Shown here: piece after piece, positions 17,771-26,692 of the stretch
Numbering within the stretch: the first letter of the stretch is position 1
Layout: the number at the start of each line of letters is the position of its first letter
Origin: Promethearchaeota archaeon
GTDB lineage: Archaea > Asgardarchaeota > Hermodarchaeia > Hermodarchaeales > Hermodarchaeaceae
Length of the DNA: 64,000 nt
Direction: 5' to 3'
Assembly (NCBI GenBank): GCA_048939625.1
Contig: JBHLPH010000006.1
Coordinates: 28,476-92,475 of the forward strand
Notes under the pieces: generated by a model
Database searches by the model: none
What the model was told of the DNA's origin: nothing
The model's input: the letters and a program-made list of their open reading frames with translations, nothing else
Made by a program: the position numbers and the translations under genes

Positions 17771-18241
17771 TTAGTTTCTTAACCCAGATTTTTTTTGAGG
17801 TTCGGATTGCAGTATGACTTCTTCTTGTCCTGTGTTTCTTTCAATTGATCCTTTTCGCAGGAACCGGATTTGTGATATCGCAGATGTAGGTGGCACTCCC
17901 TGCCGAAGTACTAGATAAAGCGCGAGGATCATGCCGGTTCGACCCAAGCCTCCTTGGCAATGGACAAGTGTTGGCATATCGTTGGCTTGAAATTCGTCAA
18001 TGATTCGTAGAGCGGCGGTTCGTTCTTCCAACGAGCCTGCTGTATAATCAGGAATGGGATTTGTTTTCACTTGGAAGCCTAATTGTTGAGCCTTATGTAG
18101 GTCTTGTGAGCTTAAAGGCTGGAGGGAAAGAATCGCCCGAATTCCCTTTGAGTGATATAGCCACTCGAGACAAGGTCCAGGATAGCAGGACCCAGCAAGT
18201 TTCCCATTCATTAGCCAATAAAATCCACAAGTATCTACCAT
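17771..18241 (-). CDS. Dual-specificity / tyrosine protein phosphatase
   Basis: The CX5R loop VHCQGGLGRTG. ATG 18241 is preferred over 18289. Confidence 0.8.
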   Translation of the reverse strand: MVDTCGFYWLMNGKLAGSCYPGPCLEWLYHSKGIRAILSLQPLSSQDLHKAQQLGFQVKTNPIPDYTAGSLEERTAALRIIDEFQANDMPTLVHCQGGLGRTGMILALYLVLRQGVPPTSAISQIRFLRKGSIERNTGQEEVILQSEPQKKSGLRN

Positions 18242-18340
18242 GTCAGTCACTTTAGTACATGTTAGGTTCCAGTAAATAGATTTATACATATATCCGAGAT
18301 TCTTGTCGTTCTGGGTGAAGATTCTGAGATGTGGTAGACG

Positions 18341-19162
18341 ATGGTGAAAGTGGTATTAATGGAAATTGGAGAAGATGCAACGACATCTTTTCGAGAAGCC
18401 CTTCAACTTTTAGGAGGTATCCCCGATTTCAACACGTCCCAACGTGAGGTGTTGTACAAACTGGGAGTATTTGACCCGAGACAAGAAGCGTATACAACGA
18501 TACCCATTGCTCGTGCCGTCGTAGAGAATTTTTCCCAGGCACCAAAGATTTGGTTAATTGAATCCGATAACTATCGGGGTACGGGCACAGAGCGCCTTCA
18601 AATATGGAAGTCTCTCTTTTCAGAACGAGTTGTGCCCTTCAATCTCTCTGAAGATACTGAAATGAAGCATGTTGATATCGCAGGAGAGGAGATGCCCCTT
18701 TCACATCTACTCTTTGAAGATCGTGTCCTCATTAGCTCACACATCTTAAGGCGCTATTCTAAAGGGTCTGTGATAAAGAACCTTTTTGGATTAGCTCCAA
18801 TGCGCAAGAAAGCTGTGTACCATAAAAAGCTAGAATCAGTAGTTCTTGGTTTATTCAAGGCGGTTGGGGGAATCGATTTGGCGGTCATCGATGGAACAAC
18901 GGTATTGCCAAGCCCTGCAGCTAAAAAAGAGAAGCGGATTCCAGTGAATATGTTTCTTGTTGGTCGGGATGCGGTTGCTGTTGATGCTGTTGGTTTCGCA
19001 CTCTTGAATAAAGATCCGATGAAAAGTAAAATGTTGAAAATGGCTAACGAGCAAGGGTTAGGTGAAGCCCATCTCGAAAAGATAGATATCGTTGGGAAAG
19101 ATTTGGAAGAAGTTCGCGATCAAATTCAAGAAAAGATGAAAACAAGACTCAAGACAAAGTAA
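18341..19162 (+). CDS. DUF362-domain protein
   Basis: VIDGTTV...FLVGRDAVAVDAVGFALLNKDP is typical of DUF362 as I recall it. Confidence 0.6.
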   Translation: MVKVVLMEIGEDATTSFREALQLLGGIPDFNTSQREVLYKLGVFDPRQEAYTTIPIARAVVENFSQAPKIWLIESDNYRGTGTERLQIWKSLFSERVVPFNLSEDTEMKHVDIAGEEMPLSHLLFEDRVLISSHILRRYSKGSVIKNLFGLAPMRKKAVYHKKLESVVLGLFKAVGGIDLAVIDGTTVLPSPAAKKEKRIPVNMFLVGRDAVAVDAVGFALLNKDPMKSKMLKMANEQGLGEAHLEKIDIVGKDLEEVRDQIQEKMKTRLKTK

Positions 19163-19178
19163 AAGTAATGATAATAGA

Positions 19179-20318
19179 TTACAGAGATTTTTGGAGAATC
19201 TTGAATGTTTCTGTGATGCGTGGATGCCACTCATGATATAGTTCAAGGCGACGTTGATCAGCCTTTAAGAACTTGGCAATTGCTGGGGATTGCAGTATCT
19301 GATTGAGAATTAGGGCCTTATTGAGATAGGGAATTGAGGCATTAATCGTTGATTCCCAGATTGCCAAAGCCTCCTCTGCTTGTTGAAAAGCTAACGGCAG
19401 AGTGTCGACAGGAAACGGATTCGGGATTAACCCCTCGACTGTTTGTGCGGGATTAAGCCCTATCGTAACAAGAATTTGCTCAACGGGGGTGTCCTTTGGC
19501 AGAACAGCATTCCAAAGATCGGATTGTTCGTTAATCAATATGGAATAGACTTGTGAGCGGAGTTGAACGAATTGCCGAAGATGTTCTATCCCATCAATGA
19601 GTTGAGCGATGAACCGTTGATTCATCTTAAGGACTTCTGGTGAATAGGTTGAGACACCATCGGATTCTGTGACAAACATCGGCATAACAGATACGACTTG
19701 AGCAATTGTATCCAAGTATCGAGCAAACTGTTGCAGAGTAATGGAAGGATCCCCTTGAGTGTCAATTTCTTGAAGAATCGTAGAAAGGGGCACAAAGAAG
19801 TCGCGACGGGCATTCGCTTCCCACGCACTAGCAATTTGTTCGATATTTGATAAAAATGGGCCGCCAAATCGTTCGATTAGATTGGAGAAAAAGGAGTAAT
19901 CGTTAATGAGTTGATGAGCAGTAACAATCAGTCGGTCCACTTCTTGTGCTGCATCTTCTAAAACCCAACGAAGGTAATTTTGGTCAAATTGCTTCTTTTG
20001 TAAGATTTGAGATGCGGTGATTTGGCGATTCTCGTATGCGTGGAGTTCTCGTTGATTTGCGCCTAGATTTTTTAAGAGCCCCAGGGTGTGATTCACCCAT
20101 TTTTGCACATGGGTTGTATATTGTTGGACATAGAGGAGAACTTTGAGGAGAGACTGTAACCATTCGGTTTCAAGACGGACCGTTGTATCCGGCTCTTGTA
20201 GAATAGTCTTCAGCTGGTCAACATTGTATATTCCAGAATCTACTTGAAATAAAGCAACTATGTAATCACGGACCGTTTCAGTATGACGAGTGAACGCCTG
20301 AAGAACAGAAATCATCAT
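19179..20318 (-). CDS. Hypothetical protein, 379 aa, predicted all-helical, Q/L-rich, with no recognisable domain
   Basis: A long uninterrupted ORF with coding-like composition and no motif that I recognise. Confidence 0.55.
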   Translation of the reverse strand: MMISVLQAFTRHTETVRDYIVALFQVDSGIYNVDQLKTILQEPDTTVRLETEWLQSLLKVLLYVQQYTTHVQKWVNHTLGLLKNLGANQRELHAYENRQITASQILQKKQFDQNYLRWVLEDAAQEVDRLIVTAHQLINDYSFFSNLIERFGGPFLSNIEQIASAWEANARRDFFVPLSTILQEIDTQGDPSITLQQFARYLDTIAQVVSVMPMFVTESDGVSTYSPEVLKMNQRFIAQLIDGIEHLRQFVQLRSQVYSILINEQSDLWNAVLPKDTPVEQILVTIGLNPAQTVEGLIPNPFPVDTLPLAFQQAEEALAIWESTINASIPYLNKALILNQILQSPAIAKFLKADQRRLELYHEWHPRITETFKILQKSL

Positions 20319-20450
20319 TTTTCTCTCTCAATTAGTATGTAAAGGCGTTTCGGAGGTCATGCTAGAGGTTGCATATTAGTTAAGAACAGATTATCCACTT
20401 TTTTGCTATAAGCTTAGGGGGTTTTTGTGCCTAATTGACACTCATTTAGT

Positions 20451-21788
20451 GTGAAAACCATACCCAGCCAAGCACCAAACCTACTCTCAAGAAAAGAAAA
20501 AACACCCTTCCCACGACCAAGTCCGGATGATATTTTTCACCACATCGAAACTAAACGAGCCCGTTTAATCGCAGTATTGGGAGACCTAATTCGCATACCG
20601 ACGGTTGTTCCACCCGGAAGCAATTACGAAGAAATCGTTACTTACCTTGAAACCCAACTCCAGAAACTAAAATTCCAAACCAAACGCGTTATTGTGCCAA
20701 CAGAAGAAATCGCAAAAATCCCACTTCCGTTAGAAGGTCCACGAATTAATCTAGTTGCCCGACAAACCCATCAGCGCCAAGAAGTCGTAACGATTTATGC
20801 GCACATGGATGTCGTTCCAACCGAAGAGCCTTGGACAAAAGACCCATTCAATCCCGTGGTTGAAGACGGCAAGCTCTTTGGACGTGGCGCTATTGATATG
20901 AAAGGCAGCATCGCAGTCATTCTGTTAGCTATGGAAGTCATTCACGAGCTTAAGCTTCGACCCCATTTTAATTTGGTGTGCACCTTCTGTACAGACGAAG
21001 AAATTGGCATGTATCCCGGTATCTTCCATCTTGCAAAGGAGGGGTATGTTCAAGGTCATGTTATCAACACTGAACTTGGTGGTCAGGTCCCAGTTATTGT
21101 CGCTGGTGTTGCTGGAAATGTGGATGTGACACTAACAGTAAAGGGTCGAAGCTGTCATTCGGGGATGAACTTCATGGGCATCAATGCTATTGAAGCAACG
21201 ATTCCGATTCTCACCGAGCTCCTGAAACTGAAAAACGAAGTTGAAAAACGCGAATCAGCTATACCACTTATTCCGCTTTTACGATCACTCGGAGCACCTT
21301 CCGATAAGGTCACGCCCATGTTTAATATCGACATTATCCAAGGAGGAACGAAGAGCAACATCGTTCCAGCGGAATGTCAGGTTGTCATCAATCGTCGCTA
21401 CATTCCGGAAGAAACCTATGAACAAGTCGTTGAAGAAATCAAACAAGCCATTACCCGCGGAAAAACGAACAGTAAAGCCGTCAGTGTTGAGACAGCTATT
21501 ATTCACACCTATCGTCCATTCAAAGCCGATACAACCAGCCAGCACGCATTGAAGATGCGAGAGGCGCTCAAAGCCGTTCACAATTATCAAGACAGCGACT
21601 TCATCTTCGGGGGTGGAGCTGCTTCAACGGATATGGGCTTCATCACCCAAGGGTGTGGCATTGACAAAATCATTGGCATCGGTGCAGCATCGCTTGATAA
21701 TCTTTCAGCCCACAAGCCGGATGAATGGGTGCGCATTGATGATCTCATCAATATGGCTAAGCAGCTAGTCCACTACCTTTGCCTTTAG
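20451..21788 (+). CDS. M20-family metallopeptidase (ArgE/DapE/carboxypeptidase type)
   Basis: YAHMDVVP, GRGAIDMKG and CTDEE. GTG start. Confidence 0.85.
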   Translation: MKTIPSQAPNLLSRKEKTPFPRPSPDDIFHHIETKRARLIAVLGDLIRIPTVVPPGSNYEEIVTYLETQLQKLKFQTKRVIVPTEEIAKIPLPLEGPRINLVARQTHQRQEVVTIYAHMDVVPTEEPWTKDPFNPVVEDGKLFGRGAIDMKGSIAVILLAMEVIHELKLRPHFNLVCTFCTDEEIGMYPGIFHLAKEGYVQGHVINTELGGQVPVIVAGVAGNVDVTLTVKGRSCHSGMNFMGINAIEATIPILTELLKLKNEVEKRESAIPLIPLLRSLGAPSDKVTPMFNIDIIQGGTKSNIVPAECQVVINRRYIPEETYEQVVEEIKQAITRGKTNSKAVSVETAIIHTYRPFKADTTSQHALKMREALKAVHNYQDSDFIFGGGAASTDMGFITQGCGIDKIIGIGAASLDNLSAHKPDEWVRIDDLINMAKQLVHYLCL

Positions 21789-21916
21789 TTCTGGCTTTAC
21801 CGCGTGTCTATGCCACAACTATTTTAGACCTTCAAAAATGCGCAAAAAACTTAGTTCAGTGATGCCTTATCCAACAACTTAATTGATGAAATCCGTTAAG
21901 CTTGGAGCGAGATTCA

Positions 21917-22810
21917 ATGGCAAAAGAATTCTTGGAACCCATTACTGACCAGATATTCCTCGTTCAAGGCGAGAATGAAGGCCGATTTCCTCGAGCTCAC
22001 TCAGTCCTTATTTTAGCAGAAGAAACAGTATTAATCGATACTGGCTGTGGGATTGCCCGGTTAGAAGCACTCAACCGTGAATTTGAGATTGATTGCGTTA
22101 TCAATTCACATACACATGTCGATCACTCCGCAGGAAACTGGGTATTCCAAGATCTTCGTATTTTTGTCCCCCAAGAAGCCTTTAGCACAAGTGGTGATCT
22201 CATCGGACTTTCCAAACGATTTGTCGGTGATGTCCTTGCACCAATTTGGCGACGATTTGCCCAAACCCAGATGGGATTCCAAAACTGTCGGCCCACGCAT
22301 AGCTATAATGAAAATACACCCTTCCAATTTGGGCAGATAGTTCTCACACCGCTATATACACCAGGACATACGATTGACCATTACTGCCTTTACTATGAAC
22401 CGAAGCGCATTCTGTTTTCCTTTGATTATGACCTCACCTCGTTTCCTTGGTATGGCCACGAAGAATCTAGCTTGAAAAAGTTTCGCCAATCGATCGCTCG
22501 TCTGAAGCAGATACCCACCAAAATGGTGGTCTCCTCTCACCGAGGAATCATAACTTCAAAAATTTCTTCCGAATGGAAGACATATTCCGGTCGACTCGAT
22601 GAGCGGAATGTTAGAATCCTCGATTTACTCGATTCGCCTAAAACATTAGACCAGCTAGTTGAATCTAAACCAATCTATGGACGATTTCCATATCAAGAAC
22701 CCCTTTTGCGATACTGGGAGCGAATTATGATTCGGCTTCACCTAGAAGAACTCCAAGAAGTTGGTAAAATTCAACTCCAAAATGATAGATTCAGTCTTCA
22801 AAAAAAGTGA
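21917..22810 (+). CDS. MBL-fold metallo-hydrolase
   Basis: INSHTHVDHSAGN (HxHxDH) and later TPGHT. Confidence 0.85.
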   Translation: MAKEFLEPITDQIFLVQGENEGRFPRAHSVLILAEETVLIDTGCGIARLEALNREFEIDCVINSHTHVDHSAGNWVFQDLRIFVPQEAFSTSGDLIGLSKRFVGDVLAPIWRRFAQTQMGFQNCRPTHSYNENTPFQFGQIVLTPLYTPGHTIDHYCLYYEPKRILFSFDYDLTSFPWYGHEESSLKKFRQSIARLKQIPTKMVVSSHRGIITSKISSEWKTYSGRLDERNVRILDLLDSPKTLDQLVESKPIYGRFPYQEPLLRYWERIMIRLHLEELQEVGKIQLQNDRFSLQKK

Positions 22811-22882
22811 GCGAGGGGAGATGAGCTCTCCCCTCCAATTGTGTCGGATAGGCGGAACATTCCCTTTGCCATTCTAACGATG

Positions 22883-23125
22883 TCACTTTGGTAATATTGT
22901 ATACTCAGCATTGCTTGCATAAGTGCCATCCCAACCAAGGAAGCCCCAGTCAAATCCGTTAAAAGGTTCACTTTCAACAATTCCAGGGATTCCCGGTCCT
23001 GGCCCAATGCGGGGTAGAAGCGTTGGTCGAATTGCGATCGCTACACCCATAGGAACGATAACCATGGCAAAAAGGAAGATAAACCCGATTCCGAGCAAGA
23101 GGATTTTCTTTGTTTTCAGTTTCAT
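22883..23125 (-). CDS. Small exported or membrane-anchored protein (80 aa)
   Basis: The N-terminus MKLKTKKILLLGIGFIFLFAMVIVPMGVAIA is a signal/anchor, followed by a G/P/W-rich ~45-aa tail. GGAGGG lies 8 nt upstream of the ATG. Confidence 0.5.
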   Translation of the reverse strand: MKLKTKKILLLGIGFIFLFAMVIVPMGVAIAIRPTLLPRIGPGPGIPGIVESEPFNGFDWGFLGWDGTYASNAEYTILPK

Positions 23126-23318
23126 TTACAAATCCCTCCTGAGGATTGCCACCTTAATGAGGAAGCAACCCAGTTGGTTGGTGACTAATCTTACCTCAGA
23201 ATCGCATATCAATCGACGGGAGCTAATTTGTGCAAAAAAACGCAGAAATCAGTTTCAGAGAGACGATTTTTGCACCGGTCGGTATAAATCCTGGTTTTTG
23301 ACCAAAAAGGAGCAGGAG

Positions 23319-24260
23319 CTAAGTCTCAAGTAGAGAGTTAAGCTGATTTTGACCCAGTCCCGGAAATTTTCGATGAGGGAACATAACCATGGTGTGAACT
23401 ACGGTACTATATGGAGACTCCTTGAGTTCCAGATCAATTGCTTCCACATGATGTAAGGTATCGACGGCAAAATCAAGGAGCAGAGTGGGTTCATCACTTA
23501 GAAGATATGAGGTCCAATATTCTAGCGGGTATCGCTGCTCAAGCCAAGCAACCAACTTTCTGGGACTAGTATTCTCTGCATTATAACGGATACGACTTCG
23601 AAACTCGATTTGATTACCAGCGCTGCGAAGCCATTCAAGTGTAAAACGTAAAGTGCCCGAATTTTGTAATTGGCGAAGCACCATGCGAACACGCTTGGCG
23701 CTCATCTCTGTTCTTCGAGCCATATCTACGACTGGCATCCGTGGATTTTCTCGCAGACACCTTAATACATTCAATTTAATTTTCGTGAAATCAAAGTTTA
23801 AGGCCTGAGGTTTTGAATGCACTTCTTTTGTGATATGGGGATGCATTTCGATGACATCATGAATTTCGACATCAGACACACGATCAAGACCACGGAGAAA
23901 TTGTCCAAAGTTCACGGTTCCCATGTTACCTCGAACTTCCGCTTCCACATCATAGGTGCCATCCGCCAAACGTGAGACTAACCGAACGACCGGACTTTGC
24001 CCAATTTGGTGAATGAATTCATGTGCATCTTCGGATCCGAGGGTTGATACCTCAGCTATGACCAAGTGGGCCCCAAGAGCCTCTGAGTTGAGTTCAACGA
24101 GAAACCGCTGAATTACTCCTAACTCAATCAGCTTTTCAATGCGGCTTCGAATCGTTTTACTCGACACTTCTAATTTTCGTGCTAGTGCTCGAAAGGACTG
24201 CCGACAATTGCCTTCTAATTCGGCTATAATACCTTTATCAACCAGGTCCACGGGGGTCAC
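23319..24260 (-). CDS. Fused double Lrp/AsnC-type transcriptional regulator, paralogue 1
   Basis: The first HTH is DLVDKGIIAELEGNCRQSFRALARKLEVSSKTIRSRIEKL and the second is LNVLRCLRENPRMPVVDMARRTEMSAKRVRMVLRQL. It aligns with 28318-29301 and 31583-32545. GTG 24260 follows GGAGGG. Confidence 0.8.
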   Translation of the reverse strand: MTPVDLVDKGIIAELEGNCRQSFRALARKLEVSSKTIRSRIEKLIELGVIQRFLVELNSEALGAHLVIAEVSTLGSEDAHEFIHQIGQSPVVRLVSRLADGTYDVEAEVRGNMGTVNFGQFLRGLDRVSDVEIHDVIEMHPHITKEVHSKPQALNFDFTKIKLNVLRCLRENPRMPVVDMARRTEMSAKRVRMVLRQLQNSGTLRFTLEWLRSAGNQIEFRSRIRYNAENTSPRKLVAWLEQRYPLEYWTSYLLSDEPTLLLDFAVDTLHHVEAIDLELKESPYSTVVHTMVMFPHRKFPGLGQNQLNSLLET

Positions 24261-24495
24261 CGAACCCTCCAACTAACTGTACATTCAGGTTAAAGAGGTA
24301 TATATCCATTCATGTTCACGGTTTCTAGCCATGTAAGCCCCGAAAACAGGATTTTACACCGGATTGTTCAAAAATGGGTAAAAAATTGGTTAGCAAAGTT
24401 CATTCTTGAACCTCTAAGCTCCCCTTGATTGATATGTGATGCCGCCTTTGGGTTACATGTTCTCAAGAACCTCATAATTGGATGGTGATGGAAAA

Positions 24496-24759
24496 ATGGC
24501 AACCAAAGATTTGGGACATGAACCGCAGCAACTTACTCAAATTCCTCAGGACGAGAAAGAGCAAATCGTTTACAATTGGGTGTACGTAACAGAGAAAGGC
24601 TATGATATTGATGTGCAAGTGACTGTAGTAGGTCAAGAATTGTTCACGATTGATACGCCCTGGTATCGCGCACAAGTAAGAACCTACGATTTAGTTGACA
24701 CTGTTGTTCGCTTCTGTCAATCCATGTATGGATTAGGTGTTCTGACTGTAATTATCTAA
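24496..24759 (+). CDS. Hypothetical small protein
   Basis: An ORF with GGTGATGG upstream of ATG 24496 and no recognisable domain. Confidence 0.35.
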   Translation: MATKDLGHEPQQLTQIPQDEKEQIVYNWVYVTEKGYDIDVQVTVVGQELFTIDTPWYRAQVRTYDLVDTVVRFCQSMYGLGVLTVII

Positions 24760-24842
24760 TAACGGCAACAGACATAAGTTTCTGAGAACTCTAAAAAAAG
24801 AAACAGGAGGAGGCAAGGCCTCCCATGAATTGTTAGTTTGTT

Positions 24843-25298
24843 TTAATTAGCTCTAAAGAATGATGATTTTGTTCGCATCGGGTGGTGCAAAGTCCCAGAC
24901 ATCATTTGTATTTCCGCAGTGAACAACAAAATTATCACTGGAGTATGGACCAAGTCAGATTCCTGCAACTGTTTCAGGATCAATGAAGAAAGGCCAATCA
25001 TAATAGTAAGGCACCACTTCAAGAGTTTGTTCATTGACATCGTTGAAGAAGATCTTATTGCCACTGCCACCATCAGTAAGTGTTCCCCAAAATGGAGTCC
25101 AAGCTTCACCCCAGAGTCCGAAATAAATGCCCATAAAGCCATGACCAGAAATTGTATTACCAGCTATCCGGAATCATAGAGCCAGGCATCAAAGATCCCG
25201 CCACCTGTTGCGTCATCCAGATAAATATCGTTGCAGAGAATGTAGGACCTAAGGGAATGGATTCCTGTAAAACCATAAGTCCAATCGACTAATACAAA
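24843..25298 (-). pseudogene. Decayed gene remnant with one frameshift (near 25165) and one in-frame TGA (24955-24957); the reconstructed peptide is G/W/Y/D-rich and looks extracellular or beta-rich
   Basis: My manual translation gives MFVLVDWTYGFTGIHSLRSYILCNDIYLDDATGGGIFDAWLYDSG*, then after a frameshift AGNTISGHGFMGIYFGLWGEAWTPFWGTLTDGGSGNKIFFNDVNEQTLEVVPYYYDWPFFIDPETVAGI*LGPYSSDNFVVHCGNTNDVWDFAPPDANKIIIL*. The track ORF 24843-25142 lies in a third frame and looks non-protein-like. Confidence 0.35.
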
Positions 25299-25315
25299 CA
25301 TGTCAGATTCGAAAG

Positions 25316-25750
25316 CTAATTCGCCTTCAATTTTGGTGGTTTACATTGAGTGAATAAGGTCTTGCTAGGTTCTTTGTCAAAATAATATGAAGCAACCCAG
25401 ACACCCTCATCGCTAAAGAGATCTAGATTAAACCCGATTGTTTGGAGATTTAGAAGATATTGAAACAGCAGAATTGTTTCTTCAAGGGTTAGACGAAGTT
25501 CAGGTTGATTGAGTGTGGTCATCTCATTGGATGATAAGTTGGCATCTAGCCCCCACATCTTTTCAGGAAGAATCACCTCGATATCCATCCGGATTCGCTC
25601 TGGTTCATCTGATTGTCGGACGAGGAGGATTCGGATTCGATTGGTTTCTTGTACAGTGACAGCCATTTCAGAGATTTGATTAAACACGAGTTCATCTTCA
25701 TGAATGGAACGCAGTCGCCTGTATTCTTTAATCAAATCCGAAAACCTCAT
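25316..25750 (-). CDS. Hypothetical protein (144 aa)
   Basis: An ORF with an ATG start and coding-like composition, but no recognisable domain. Confidence 0.45.
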   Translation of the reverse strand: MRFSDLIKEYRRLRSIHEDELVFNQISEMAVTVQETNRIRILLVRQSDEPERIRMDIEVILPEKMWGLDANLSSNEMTTLNQPELRLTLEETILLFQYLLNLQTIGFNLDLFSDEGVWVASYYFDKEPSKTLFTQCKPPKLKAN

Positions 25751-26096
25751 GTCATCCTAGCTCCTTGTGGGGTCGCCCCTCCAATTGCGTGGATAATAAG
25801 CGTAAAGAATGACTGGTGAGGGTGGGTTTTCTATTGACCGGTACTAGGGAGGGTCAAAAAAGTCTGCAAACAGAAGAAACATGGCTGTTCTGGAACGTGA
25901 ACCCGTGCTAAATGGAACCCCACTGATTCTGGTAAAGAAATCGCTCAGAGGCAAGGCTTTTTATAGGGGTGAACGTTTGGCAGGTGTATCAGCACCCAAT
26001 GGCGAATTGTGTTTGGGAAAAAATCCAGGTATGGTAGAGTCCCGAGTTACGTTCTCTTTTTGGATCCTGATTTGATATAGACACGTGGTACCGAAA

Positions 26097-26594
26097 ATGA
26101 GCTACGATAGAGAGCCTGTTGAGGCAACAGTCGCAGACCTGCGACCCAGTATGAAAAGTTTGAACATCACCTTCAAAGTCGTCGAAAAAGGCGAAGAACG
26201 CGAAGTCACCTCCCGCAAAGACGGGGAAACCCATCGTGTTCTTGATGCTGTCGCCGGTGACTCCACTGGCACCGTTATTCTTAGTTTGTGGGACGATATG
26301 ATCGACACCGTCGAACAAGACAAAAGTTACCGCTTAGAAAACGGTTACACCAGCTTGTTCCAAGGCCACCTCCGATTGAACATCGGACGCTATGGTGAAC
26401 TAAAAGACACAGACAGTGAAATCGAAGAAATCGACATGGACAACGATCTCTCCGCTGCCGAACACGAACGCCCCCCACGCCGCTATGGCGGCTATAGTCG
26501 GGGTTATAGTGGCGGTGGTGGTGGTTATCGTCGTGGTGGCGGCGGTTCACGCCGTGGCGGACGAGACCGAGATCGCGGTCGTGGTCGATACTAA
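26097..26594 (+). CDS. Single OB-fold SSB-like protein with RGG tail, copy 2, inverted relative to copy 1
   Basis: MSYDREPVEATVADLRPSMKSLNITFKVVEKGEEREVTSRKDGETHRV..., with the tail YGGYSRGYSGGGGGYRRGGGGSRRGGRDRDRGRGRY. The upstream acgtggtaccNaaaATG is shared with copy 1. Confidence 0.8.
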   Translation: MSYDREPVEATVADLRPSMKSLNITFKVVEKGEEREVTSRKDGETHRVLDAVAGDSTGTVILSLWDDMIDTVEQDKSYRLENGYTSLFQGHLRLNIGRYGELKDTDSEIEEIDMDNDLSAAEHERPPRRYGGYSRGYSGGGGGYRRGGGGSRRGGRDRDRGRGRY

Positions 26595-26692
26595 TCTACG
26601 AACACACACGGAGGCACAGCCACAAAATATTCTGGCATGACCTCCCGTTTTCTTTTTTTAAAAAAGCCTGCAAAAATCCTAGGAAAAAGGTG

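Noticed and set aside
24955-24957. The in-frame TGA in the remnant at 24843-25298 as a possible selenocysteine codon
   Set aside because: The same locus also has a frameshift and lacks an N-terminal region. No redox motif surrounds the TGA, so decay is the simpler explanation.
26281-26640. ORFs 26281-26550 (minus) and 26416-26640 (plus) overlapping the tail of OB-fold copy 2
   Set aside because: These are alternative-frame or antisense readings of GC-rich RGG-coding low-complexity DNA and have no independent support.
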